64,000 bases of DNA from NCBI GenBank assembly GCA_015062335.1, contig SUUU01000001.1:12312-76311 (forward strand), in the 5' to 3' direction. The notes beneath the pieces were generated by a model. That model did no database searches and had not been told where the DNA came from. It was given only the letters and a program-made list of their open reading frames with translations. The stretch comes from Alphaproteobacteria bacterium (GTDB lineage Bacteria; Pseudomonadota; Alphaproteobacteria; UBA3830). Position numbers and translations under genes: made by a program. This document shows, piece by piece, positions 20,145 through 28,980 of the stretch. Numbering within the stretch: position 1 is the stretch's first letter; each line of letters begins with the position of its first letter.

Positions 20145-20975
20145 TTATTTGGCCCGTTGTGTAAGCTCTTTCATAACGGCATCAATAGATATTTGTAAAA
20201 CATTCATGAGATGTTTTCTTAAATTTCTGGAAATGAGGATTTTTTCTCCTTTTTCTGTACTGAGTTTTGTCGATCGAAGATTATTTCGCAAATTGTTGGC
20301 ATCATTTACGCGAGATATCAATTGCTCTTTTGTTAGCTCTTCAATATTTTCCTTAAAATCTTTAATACGCGTTTCGAGTTGATCAATTTGCCTCTGAATA
20401 TTATGTGCCTGTTTAACTTTTTCCGAAAAGAGATCGGAGTTATAAAAATCAGCACCATCATCAGGCCCAATCTCGTTATTTAACTCCTGCTGATACAAAG
20501 TGTTTTTTATAGTTTCAGACAAAGAAAGGACTCTTGATCTTTGAGTGCTATTTAAATGGATAAAGTGCCTCAGCAACTCGGTAACCTGATTAAATTTAAT
20601 TGTAAAACGTTGTTTTTCCGGATTATCAGACAGAAATTTCAACATATTCACCGCAGATGTTACCTGTATCAAAGTCTCATTGCTACCAAGCTCTGAAGAT
20701 AACGACTTCGTAATAGACCTTAATACATAATATAATTCCTTGATATTTTGATCTTCCTCTGTTTTTTGATTTTTTCTTAAAAATTCATATACATTTTTCG
20801 GTGAAGGATTAGGTAATTTTTTTAACTCTTTTAACAGATAATCTAGACATGATCCGATTACCACTTCATTTCTTTCAGCAGTAATTTTTGCTTCTTGAAA
20901 ATCGGATGAAACAATCTTTTGAGTTCCATCAACTACGAGAGGAAAGACAAACAACAAAGCAATGACTTTTTTCAT
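20145..20975 (-). CDS. hypothetical secreted helical/coiled-coil protein (protein A, 276 aa)
   Basis: ATG at 20975 with GGAG 6 nt upstream. Sec-type signal MKKVIALLFVFPLVVDG. The remainder is charged and helical with heptad-like stretches (QIDQLETRIKDFKENIEELTKEQ). I recognise no family. Confidence 0.75.
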   Translation of the reverse strand: MKKVIALLFVFPLVVDGTQKIVSSDFQEAKITAERNEVVIGSCLDYLLKELKKLPNPSPKNVYEFLRKNQKTEEDQNIKELYYVLRSITKSLSSELGSNETLIQVTSAVNMLKFLSDNPEKQRFTIKFNQVTELLRHFIHLNSTQRSRVLSLSETIKNTLYQQELNNEIGPDDGADFYNSDLFSEKVKQAHNIQRQIDQLETRIKDFKENIEELTKEQLISRVNDANNLRNNLRSTKLSTEKGEKILISRNLRKHLMNVLQISIDAVMKELTQRAK

Positions 20976-21006
20976 AAGGATCTCCATATACAACTATACG
21001 AAATAC

Positions 21007-21033
21007 TAACCTGAACTGATTAATTTCAGGTTA
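21007..21033. other. perfect 9-bp inverted repeat (taacctgaa N9 ttcaggtta)
   Basis: Read directly from the sequence. It lies between the rpmA terminator and the start of protein A. Confidence 0.5.
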
Positions 21034-21061
21034 ACAAATCCTATGAATAAAAATCGACTAA

Positions 21062-21088
21062 CAAAATAAAGAAAGCTCCCGAAGGAGC
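21062..21088 (-). terminator. rho-independent terminator after rpmA
   Basis: The minus strand reads gctcc-ttcg-ggagc followed by tttctttatttt. The stem is only 5 bp, though GC-rich. Confidence 0.5.
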
Positions 21089-21098
21089 CAAAAAACAT

Positions 21099-21353
21099 CT
21101 ATGCAGTAACTACGGAAACCTCACAACGCCCACGAGAATTCCTCGCAAACTTCACCACACCATCAGCTTTCGCAAACAACGTGTGATCTCTTCCGACTCC
21201 AACGTTATGCCCTGCACACATTTTAGTTCCGCGCTGTCTCACGATGATGTTACCCGCGACCACCGTCTGACCGCCGAAAATTTTTACACCTAACCTTTTA
21301 CTTTCCGAATCGCGACCGTTCTTAGAACTACCGCCCGCTTTTTTTGTTGCCAT
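21099..21353 (-). CDS. rpmA: 50S ribosomal protein L27
   Basis: 84 aa. [24 protein letters not shown]...[11 protein letters not shown]. Confidence 0.97.
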   Translation of the reverse strand: MATKKAGGSSKNGRDSESKRLGVKIFGGQTVVAGNIIVRQRGTKMCAGHNVGVGRDHTLFAKADGVVKFARNSRGRCEVSVVTA

Positions 21354-21365
21354 ACTTCAGACTCC

Positions 21366-21674
21366 CTACCCTTTGATAGCCTCAATTTTCAAAATACTTA
21401 CAACTTGTCGATGACCGTTTTTACGACGATAGTTTTTACGACGATGCTTCTTAAAAACATAAACCGTTTTTTGCTTTTTTTGCTTCAGGATGCTAGCGGT
21501 AACCATCGCGCCTTCAACATTAGGAGTACCAACTTTGACCTTTCCATCGTTATCAATCATCAACACGTCAGAGAGCTCTACCTTCGCTCCCTCATCAAGA
21601 AGTTTTTCAACCGAAATAACGTCGCCCTCTTTTACTTTATATTGCTTTCCGCCTGTTCTTACTACTGCAAGCAT
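21366..21674 (-). CDS. rplU: 50S ribosomal protein L21
   Basis: 102 aa. [25 protein letters not shown]. Confidence 0.97.
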   Translation of the reverse strand: MLAVVRTGGKQYKVKEGDVISVEKLLDEGAKVELSDVLMIDNDGKVKVGTPNVEGAMVTASILKQKKQKTVYVFKKHRRKNYRRKNGHRQVVSILKIEAIKG

Positions 21675-21742
21675 AACACTCCTCTAATAGTTTATCCTGA
21701 CGGTTTTACCTTATTTTGAATATTTTTGCAATATAAGCCCAT

Positions 21743-21782
21743 CAAAAAGCTCCCCCTGCGCAACAATCATTTGCAGAGGGAG
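21743..21782 (-). terminator. rho-independent terminator after the 384-aa secreted-protein gene, upstream of rplU
   Basis: The minus strand reads ctccctctgc-(12-nt loop)-gcagggggag (10 bp, one mismatch) followed by ctttttg. Confidence 0.6.
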
Positions 21783-21876
21783 AATCGTCAAATCATTGCA
21801 GATGACTTAACCCATTTCAAGATTTTTAATACGTCAAGCAGCATATAGTATTTGTTCCGCTTTTTCGTTTAATCTT

Positions 21877-23031
21877 TCAATGATAATCCTGAGATTCCTC
21901 ATTAGAATCCAACAACGGAGGCTCTTTATCTCCACCTAAAAATGCCGATAATCTTTCAGATGCATTCCCTACCGATTCAATAACTGATTGATAATCAGCT
22001 TCGTCACTTGCGGATCTGAACGTTTCATAAATTTGTTTTAAAAACTTTGCAGAATCTTCATATATTCCAGGTAAGATTCCTCTGATATCTGCCCAAATTT
22101 CGGGAGCTACACTGATATTTAGCGATTCTAACTGAGACAATACCGATGTGAGTTGCTCGTCAGATTTTTGGATATCTTCACCAAATCTTTCTACAGTAAT
22201 CAGCATTGCATCTCTATTGTTAAAAGACGAATTATTAACATGCTTTTGCAACTCTATCAATGAAGCTTTCAGCAAATTGTATTGCAACACAAGTAGGCCG
22301 ACATCCTCACGTAACATGTACATTTGGACATTTGTCGCCTTTTGTCCATTTTTAACAATTTGCATTAATCCATCATTGATCTTGCCTACACTTTGCAAAT
22401 ATAAATTATATACAGCTAAAACATTTAAAAATGCTTTAGGATATAACATCGTATCGTCAGGTGTATAAGTTTTTAGATTATTGGCATAATCTTCAATTTG
22501 AATTGTAAGTTTTTCATTCAGCTGTTTCCATTGAGTTACTGCCTTCGAAAAGGACATTCCCAATGTATATTTATCCGCCTTCGCTATATTTTTAGTTTTA
22601 CCTTTAATTTGTTTATCCAGGTCCTTAATTCCGGTCTCAAGATCTTTGATTTCTTGTGACAGTCTAAGATATTCAGGATTTTTTCCTTTTTTAAAAACAC
22701 CAAGTCTTTTTCCCAGTGCGTTTTGCGTTATTTTGGTTCTCTCCAATTGACGGTTTTTTTCTTCTCTCAATTGTGTTAAATCATCCATAGATAAGTCGTT
22801 GTTATCTGTTTGAAATCGCGAAAAATCGCCGGCCGTGTCGTCGTTATAACCTCCTGGCGTACTTCCTTTCAATGGATTTTTTTGGTGTTCAGCAATCGCT
22901 GGATCAGGTGTGTATTTTATCACTTGAGATGCCGACCCCCTACGCAATCTCTTTGCCGCGGCCGCCTCAGATTCGAACAACATTCCGAAAACTGACGCTA
23001 TACACACAATTGTCAATATATTCTTTTTCAT
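21877..23031 (-). CDS. hypothetical secreted helical protein (protein B, 384 aa)
   Basis: GGAG 8 nt upstream of the ATG. Signal MKKNILTIVCIASVFGMLFESEAAAA. The N-terminal third is polar and coiled-coil (LSQEIKDLETGIKDLDKQIKGK), followed by a longer helical region and an acidic C-terminus. I recognise no family. Confidence 0.75.
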   Translation of the reverse strand: MKKNILTIVCIASVFGMLFESEAAAAKRLRRGSASQVIKYTPDPAIAEHQKNPLKGSTPGGYNDDTAGDFSRFQTDNNDLSMDDLTQLREEKNRQLERTKITQNALGKRLGVFKKGKNPEYLRLSQEIKDLETGIKDLDKQIKGKTKNIAKADKYTLGMSFSKAVTQWKQLNEKLTIQIEDYANNLKTYTPDDTMLYPKAFLNVLAVYNLYLQSVGKINDGLMQIVKNGQKATNVQMYMLREDVGLLVLQYNLLKASLIELQKHVNNSSFNNRDAMLITVERFGEDIQKSDEQLTSVLSQLESLNISVAPEIWADIRGILPGIYEDSAKFLKQIYETFRSASDEADYQSVIESVGNASERLSAFLGGDKEPPLLDSNEESQDYH

Positions 23032-23104
23032 TACCTTATCTCCTTTTATCGATCAAAAACCTGCACAATTTTGATATCTGCATCAGTAAATCAGCATCTA
23101 AACA

Positions 23105-23641
23105 TTAGACCGCAGGCTCTGATTGTGTTTTTGCTTGCAATTCTTTTTGAAGCTCTTCTAAGCGTCCGCTAATTTTATGCAAAAAGAAAGTATTTAATGT
23201 TGATAATCCGCTAGCAATTGCAGATGCTATACACATTTCTCCATTTGTCTTGGCATCAAATTCATCCCCAACGTTCATTAACTGGCCAGCTACATACCCT
23301 GTTAGAATCGTAGAAGCTCCATTAATCACAACTTGACCAGCACGCAGTGCATTATAGACAAATGTCCAACACTTCCCTGCCCTATTGATATCGTCTACAG
23401 AATTAAACGAAAAATTCGTAAGAGCAGCAGGCACTTCCGTTTGGGCCAACGGACTCGACGGCACCTCCGAAACATTTGCTACTTTTAGATTTTCGGGCGA
23501 TACATCAGCGACAGATGAAGGATTAACTTGTGTTAACCTAATCGCACCTGATGGGACAGCTATTTCTTCAACATTTTGAGCATTCATTCCGTTCGCATCA
23601 AGCATAGCTACAGCAGCTAATGTTATTATAGTTTTTTTCAT
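23105..23641 (-). CDS. hypothetical secreted protein with Gly/Ala-rich amphipathic C-terminal half (protein C, 178 aa)
   Basis: ATG at 23641 with AGGAG 5 nt upstream. Signal MKKTIITLAAVAMLDANGMNA. A Pro/Ser/Val-rich spacer is followed by ...AGQVVINGASTILTGYVAGQLMNVG...CIASAIASGLSTL and then a short coiled coil. Confidence 0.7.
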   Translation of the reverse strand: MKKTIITLAAVAMLDANGMNAQNVEEIAVPSGAIRLTQVNPSSVADVSPENLKVANVSEVPSSPLAQTEVPAALTNFSFNSVDDINRAGKCWTFVYNALRAGQVVINGASTILTGYVAGQLMNVGDEFDAKTNGEMCIASAIASGLSTLNTFFLHKISGRLEELQKELQAKTQSEPAV

Positions 23642-23721
23642 TTCATCTCCTATCAATTTACATAACTACCTTAACAATAAAAAGTTAACAAAAATTTAAT
23701 AAATCAATAAAGACAAAAATA

Positions 23722-25650
23722 TTATTTGTGCCAAGGTCGTTTTCTGTTTTTGTTTGATATTTCTTTAAGAGATGGAAAATAAATTTCCCGAACAAATGGC
23801 GTTTTTTCATCCATATAAATTGAATTTGGAATCTCCTCCTTGAAAGATTGCAGCAAAACCTGTTTTCTATCCAAATTAATGAAGTACCCTTTACTTGATT
23901 TTTGAATAAATTTACGACAGTTCACGGAATTAAAATTTTCTCGTTTATTGCAACCTACAGACTTCGTCCACGCCGACAAAATCCCTCGAAAATGCCCACA
24001 ATGATTAAAGCAAGCCAAATCATTTGAAATCTTCACGCCAACAACTTTAGCGTAAGGAGATATAACAATTCGCGGACGTTCCTCACAAAAATAACACAGG
24101 CATCCGATTATTACTCCTATTATCCCAATCACCCTTATTCGACTACGAAATAATGTAAAAATTAAGCCTGAAATAATCCAAATCAGCATTGTTAAATCAG
24201 ACGGCGACGGCATAATGAATAGCGATCCCGGAAGGCGTGCTGAAAATTCAACCAATGCTATTAATTTTTCGATACCAAAAGCCAAAATATGCAGAGGAAG
24301 AGATATATCAAACGGTTCACATAATAAAGCGATAATAGCCATTGGCATTATAAAAAAAGTCATGAACGGAACAGCAAAAATATTAGCAAATACGCTGTTT
24401 AAAGTAAGCTGATTAAAGACAAATATCGAAAATATTGAGGTCGCAACGGACGCAACTACCGTTGTTGCGATCAAATTAACGATCATTCCAATGCTCGATG
24501 AAAAATTCCAATTTTTCTCATAAAACGAAACAATTGCAATCACTGCACTGAAAGACAGTTGAAAACTCGGAAACATTATTGATTCAGGAGATGCTAGCAA
24601 AATACACATCGCGGCGATTGCTACCGATCTCATGGTTAAAGCTCTTCTATTCAGCAAAATAGCAATAATAATCAACGAATGCATAATTAGGGCACGAAGC
24701 GCAGATACAGAACGTCCGGAAATGAAGTAATAAGCAACAACGCCGATTAATGAAACCACCGCAGCGGTTTTTTTTACATCACAGGATATGGCAATAATCG
24801 GTATTAGATTTAAAATTATGCGCATTAGCCAAAAAACAAAAAATCCGATAATGCCAATATGCAACCCTGAAATTGCCAAAATATGTGAAGTTCCTGATCT
24901 GGTAAAACTTTCCCTCAAATTTTTGCAAATTCCTGATTTAGTTCCGGTAATAATTGCTTTTGCAACAGACGCAGAATCCTTCGACAAATGAGCATCAATT
25001 TTAGAATTTATGTAATGCCTGAATTTTTCAATTTTTAATCCGATTGAATCCAATTCGAAGTGATGCGCAACTTTTCGCGGCGATGAAAAAATAAATCCTC
25101 GAGCAGAAATTCCGTTAAAGTATTGCTGTTTTTTAAAATCATAATGTTTCGCAAAAGCTTGATTATGCAAAGGAGATAATTTCGCAAATACAGAAACACG
25201 ATCACCGGGCATATAGTCCGTTAAATTATTAAGAGCTTTTTCTCCTTTCCAGGTTAAAAATAATTTATTCAGATTCAGCGAAGAATCAATGTCCTTTACA
25301 ATGAAGTTCAATCCTTGTTCTGTCTTATCACATGATTCAATGGTTGCGTAAAATGAAATTGGGTCATTTGGAGTTTTCTCCGGAGTTGGCATATTTAAAC
25401 TTATCGTTCTTAATTGCGCAATAAAAAAACCGGACAAAAATATCAAACATGTATACGCGGCTTTCGATCTAGTTAAAACTGAAACAATCAATGATAATGT
25501 AAATAAAATAAAAGAAACAATAACGGATGGTTCTGTATCCGGATAAAAATAGGCACAAATTCCACAACCGAATATCACTGGAATAAAGTGTACGATTTGA
25601 AATTTTTCTCGTTCGTAAAAATCTCGCGCACGCTCCAAAAGACTATACAT
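23722..25650 (-). CDS. comEC: ComEC/Rec2 family competence channel protein (no metallo-beta-lactamase domain)
   Basis: 642 aa from the ATG at 25650 (AGGAAGGAA upstream). Polytopic. The competence-domain signature RSGTSHILAISGLHIGIIGFF is present. A start at 25731 would overlap divergent gltX. Confidence 0.85.
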   Translation of the reverse strand: MYSLLERARDFYEREKFQIVHFIPVIFGCGICAYFYPDTEPSVIVSFILFTLSLIVSVLTRSKAAYTCLIFLSGFFIAQLRTISLNMPTPEKTPNDPISFYATIESCDKTEQGLNFIVKDIDSSLNLNKLFLTWKGEKALNNLTDYMPGDRVSVFAKLSPLHNQAFAKHYDFKKQQYFNGISARGFIFSSPRKVAHHFELDSIGLKIEKFRHYINSKIDAHLSKDSASVAKAIITGTKSGICKNLRESFTRSGTSHILAISGLHIGIIGFFVFWLMRIILNLIPIIAISCDVKKTAAVVSLIGVVAYYFISGRSVSALRALIMHSLIIIAILLNRRALTMRSVAIAAMCILLASPESIMFPSFQLSFSAVIAIVSFYEKNWNFSSSIGMIVNLIATTVVASVATSIFSIFVFNQLTLNSVFANIFAVPFMTFFIMPMAIIALLCEPFDISLPLHILAFGIEKLIALVEFSARLPGSLFIMPSPSDLTMLIWIISGLIFTLFRSRIRVIGIIGVIIGCLCYFCEERPRIVISPYAKVVGVKISNDLACFNHCGHFRGILSAWTKSVGCNKRENFNSVNCRKFIQKSSKGYFINLDRKQVLLQSFKEEIPNSIYMDEKTPFVREIYFPSLKEISNKNRKRPWHK

Positions 25651-25712
25651 TTCCTTCCTAAAATCTGCTATATAAGATATAAATGTAGAGTATGTGTTTT
25701 GTCGAGAGTAAA

Positions 25713-27101
25713 ATGAATTCAGATTTTTCAAGCAATATAGTTACAAGGTTTGCGCCGTCTCCAACAGGCTTTCTGCATATTGGCGGAGCCAGAACGGCTT
25801 TGTTTAACTGGTTGCTTGCAAAACATTATGGCGGAAAGTTTGTATTACGTATTGAAGATACAGATCGAGAACGTTCTACTCAAGAAGCAGTTGATGCTAT
25901 TTTATCGGGATTGCAATGGCTAGGCATAAGTTGGGATGAAGAACCTGTTTTTCAATCGACAAGGATCAATCACCACGTCGAATTGGCAAAGCAGTTAGTT
26001 TCAGAGGGCAAAGCATATTATTGTTACTGCACTCCAGAAGAGTTGGAAACCATGAGAAAAGAAGCATTGGCAAAGGGAATCTCTCCAAAATATAACGGAA
26101 TGTGGAGAGATCGAAATCCAAAAGATGCTCCGACAAATGTCAAACCCGTTATCAGATTAAAAACGCAGCAAGCTGGTCAAACAGTGTTAGATGACATAGT
26201 TCAAGGTCAGGTTACGGTAGCGAATGATCAAATTGACGATATGATTTTAGTTCGGAGTGACGGCACACCGACTTTTATGCTTTCAGTTTGCGTTGATGAT
26301 CATGATATGGGCATCACTCATGTGCTCCGAGGAGATGACCATCTTACAAACACGTTTCGACACATACAAATTTACAATGCTTTTGGATGGGAGACTCCAA
26401 CCTATGGCCATATTCCCTTAATTCACGGACCTGACGGAGCAAAATTATCAAAACGGCATGGAGCACTCGGTGTTGAGGCATATCGGGATATGGGTTACTT
26501 ACCTGAAGCTATTTGCAATTGTCTGCTTCGGCTTGGCTGGTCCCATGGGGATGACGAAATTATTTCAAAAGAACAGGCTATCGAATGGTTCACAACTGAT
26601 GGACTGGGAAAATCTGCGTCTCGTCTTGATTTTTCAAAATTAGCAAATTTAAACGGTCACTATATGAGAGAGGCTGATAATGAACGTTTACTGAGAGATT
26701 TATTGCCTTTCATCGGAAAAGTTTCAGAAGAAAAGCAACGCAGGCTACTTCAAGGAATGAATGGACTGAAGCAACGAGCAAAAACAATGACTGAATTAAA
26801 GGATATTGCGTCAATATATACGGATGAATTTACTCCTGAAGTTGCTGATAGTGCTGTAAAAAGTCTGTTAGTATCAATTAAAGAAAAGCTTGTTGAGATT
26901 ACAGAATGGTCGGAAGCAAATCTTGAGAAAGAGCTGAGAGATTTCGCCGTTTACCATCAATTAAGCTTTGGTAAAGTTGCTCAGCCGTTGCGTAACGTAC
27001 TTACGGGACGAAAAATAACGCCTAGTTTGTTTGAAATGTTGGTTGTATTCGGAAAGAATGAAACTTTGATCAGAATGGAATCAGCATTAAACCAATCATA
27101 G
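25713..27101 (+). CDS. gltX: glutamate--tRNA ligase (paralog 1)
   Basis: 462 aa from the ATG at 25713. VTRFAPSPTGFLHIGGARTALFNW (HIGH) and GAKLSKRHG (KMSKS), with a full anticodon-binding domain. Confidence 0.93.
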   Translation: MNSDFSSNIVTRFAPSPTGFLHIGGARTALFNWLLAKHYGGKFVLRIEDTDRERSTQEAVDAILSGLQWLGISWDEEPVFQSTRINHHVELAKQLVSEGKAYYCYCTPEELETMRKEALAKGISPKYNGMWRDRNPKDAPTNVKPVIRLKTQQAGQTVLDDIVQGQVTVANDQIDDMILVRSDGTPTFMLSVCVDDHDMGITHVLRGDDHLTNTFRHIQIYNAFGWETPTYGHIPLIHGPDGAKLSKRHGALGVEAYRDMGYLPEAICNCLLRLGWSHGDDEIISKEQAIEWFTTDGLGKSASRLDFSKLANLNGHYMREADNERLLRDLLPFIGKVSEEKQRRLLQGMNGLKQRAKTMTELKDIASIYTDEFTPEVADSAVKSLLVSIKEKLVEITEWSEANLEKELRDFAVYHQLSFGKVAQPLRNVLTGRKITPSLFEMLVVFGKNETLIRMESALNQS

Positions 27102-27118
27102 TAAAAGGAAGGTAGAAA

Positions 27119-28546
27119 ATGAAAAAATATATACGAGTTATCACCATTTGGGGAATGTTGTGTTTTTCGAATTGTTTAGAGTCGTTTGGAAACGTTAACA
27201 AAATAGCAAATGAAGAAGAGCCCTTCATTTCCCTAGAAGAAGCCATTATAGCGGCATATAACGAAAATCCAGCATGGCAGGCATCGCAAACAGACGAAAA
27301 TGCGGCAATGCAGTCCAAAAGAGAAGCTCAATTTGAATGGATCCCGAAAGTATCGGGAAGCATTTCGAGTACAAGATCTGCTAGTGACAAAGAAGGAATC
27401 GAGAATACCGCGCCATTTGGAATTGGAACGCAACTTTCTCCGTTCCATCGATCCAGAGCGCAGACAGTAACCGAGATGGGTGTGCAGGTCAAACAAAACT
27501 TGTTCAAGGGGTTTCAAACAATCAACACTATAAAATCAAAGGATAATGCAGTCAAGGCAGCTCATTATGCAATGGTGAAAGCGTGTAGCGACTTGCTCGC
27601 CAGAGTTATTATTTCATACGTTGATATCTGGGCAAAAACGGAGGCATTCCAAGCTTATCAACAAAAAGAAGATAATTTGCACAAGCTGTTTGAAGCACAA
27701 GTAGTCAGCTTAGAGGCAGGAGTCTCTACACAGGTAGACGTAGAGGAAGCAAAAGCAAAATATGAGTCTGCGAAATATGATCGAATAAGTGCTAATAATA
27801 AATTGATCCAAGCACAAAAAACCTTTGAATTTTTAACGGGAATTAATCCCAAAGGTCGGTTAAAATTTCCAGTCATAAGTCAAAAAGATATGCCTAAAGA
27901 TCTCGAAGCATTTAAAGATGAAGTAAGGAAGAACAATCCGGAAATTTTGCAGTACAAATTTCAGTCTTTAGTCGCAGAGAATGAAAAAAATGCAATTAAG
28001 GCAGAGTTGGGCCCATCTATCGATGCGGTTCTATCTGCACGAAAAACTTTGAATAAGCCTGAGAATGCAAGTTCGGTCTATGACAAGCGAATCAATGATT
28101 ATGCGTTTCAAGTTGCGGCGTCAATTCCTTTGCTGGATTTACCAATCTACAGTCGAACTAAGCAATACGTCGAAAGGGCAAAAGGAGCAACTTTCAAATA
28201 TAAGGATAAATTGTCTGAAATTATGTCCACATGTGAGACTTATTACGATAGGCTGAATACATCCGAGGCTCTTATTAAATCCTCTATGGCGGCAGTTAAA
28301 AGCTCGGAGATTGCATCAGCAAGCAATCTTGATGCTGTTGCGATCGGAACAAAATCTAATACAGAATTTTTGGATGGACAAAATACCTTACTGAATGCAC
28401 GCATTCAGTTAGTTGAAGCCCACAAATCAAAAATTGAAACAGTTGTTCAGATTTTAGCTTTGACTGGAAAATTGGATCTTCATATGGTTTTAAAAATTTT
28501 GCAAAGTAAAATACGAATTGAAGAAGATAGTAAAACGAAATTATAA
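27119..28546 (+). CDS. tolC: TolC-family outer membrane efflux protein
   Basis: 475 aa. Signal peptide, then ISLEEAIIAAYNENPAW. Two long helical repeat halves typical of the OEP family. Confidence 0.85.
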   Translation: MKKYIRVITIWGMLCFSNCLESFGNVNKIANEEEPFISLEEAIIAAYNENPAWQASQTDENAAMQSKREAQFEWIPKVSGSISSTRSASDKEGIENTAPFGIGTQLSPFHRSRAQTVTEMGVQVKQNLFKGFQTINTIKSKDNAVKAAHYAMVKACSDLLARVIISYVDIWAKTEAFQAYQQKEDNLHKLFEAQVVSLEAGVSTQVDVEEAKAKYESAKYDRISANNKLIQAQKTFEFLTGINPKGRLKFPVISQKDMPKDLEAFKDEVRKNNPEILQYKFQSLVAENEKNAIKAELGPSIDAVLSARKTLNKPENASSVYDKRINDYAFQVAASIPLLDLPIYSRTKQYVERAKGATFKYKDKLSEIMSTCETYYDRLNTSEALIKSSMAAVKSSEIASASNLDAVAIGTKSNTEFLDGQNTLLNARIQLVEAHKSKIETVVQILALTGKLDLHMVLKILQSKIRIEEDSKTKL

Positions 28547-28563
28547 TCGAATAGCGGAGAATC

Positions 28564-28980
28564 ATGATGGAAAAACAATCTGAAATGTCATTAGATGAAG
28601 TGCTTTCTTCTATAAAACAAATGGTTATTAACGAAGAACCTCCCGTGTTAGAGCTTACCGATATGGTCTCAGAAGATGGAAGCATCGTAAAAATCAATGA
28701 CGCCATTAATGATCCCTCTCTAAAGGCATCAAAAGATATGAGCTCCTTCCTGAAAATGGCGCAAGCTAACGGAAAAGTGAACAATTCTCCAATTCAAGAT
28801 GTTGCTGTAGAAGTAGATCCTATTTCTGAAAAACAGAACGATAACAACGGAAAAGAAATTTTAAGGCAACTGATCATCAAAATGGCTGAACCTCTGATAA
28901 AAGAATGGCTGTCAAACAACTTATCATCAATTGCTCGCGAAATAGTAGAAGAAGAAGTAAAAAAGGCTCTCGAAAGATGA
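28564..28980 (+). CDS. popZ: DUF2497 / PopZ-like pole-organizing protein
   Basis: 138 aa. The N-terminal SLDEVLSSIKQMVINEE and the C-terminal LIKEWLSNNLSSIAREIVEEEVKKALER correspond to the two conserved helical ends of Caulobacter PopZ as I remember them (MEEILASIRRIISED ... EWLDxNLPxxVExxVxEE). The middle is acidic and polar. Confidence 0.7.
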   Translation: MMEKQSEMSLDEVLSSIKQMVINEEPPVLELTDMVSEDGSIVKINDAINDPSLKASKDMSSFLKMAQANGKVNNSPIQDVAVEVDPISEKQNDNNGKEILRQLIIKMAEPLIKEWLSNNLSSIAREIVEEEVKKALER

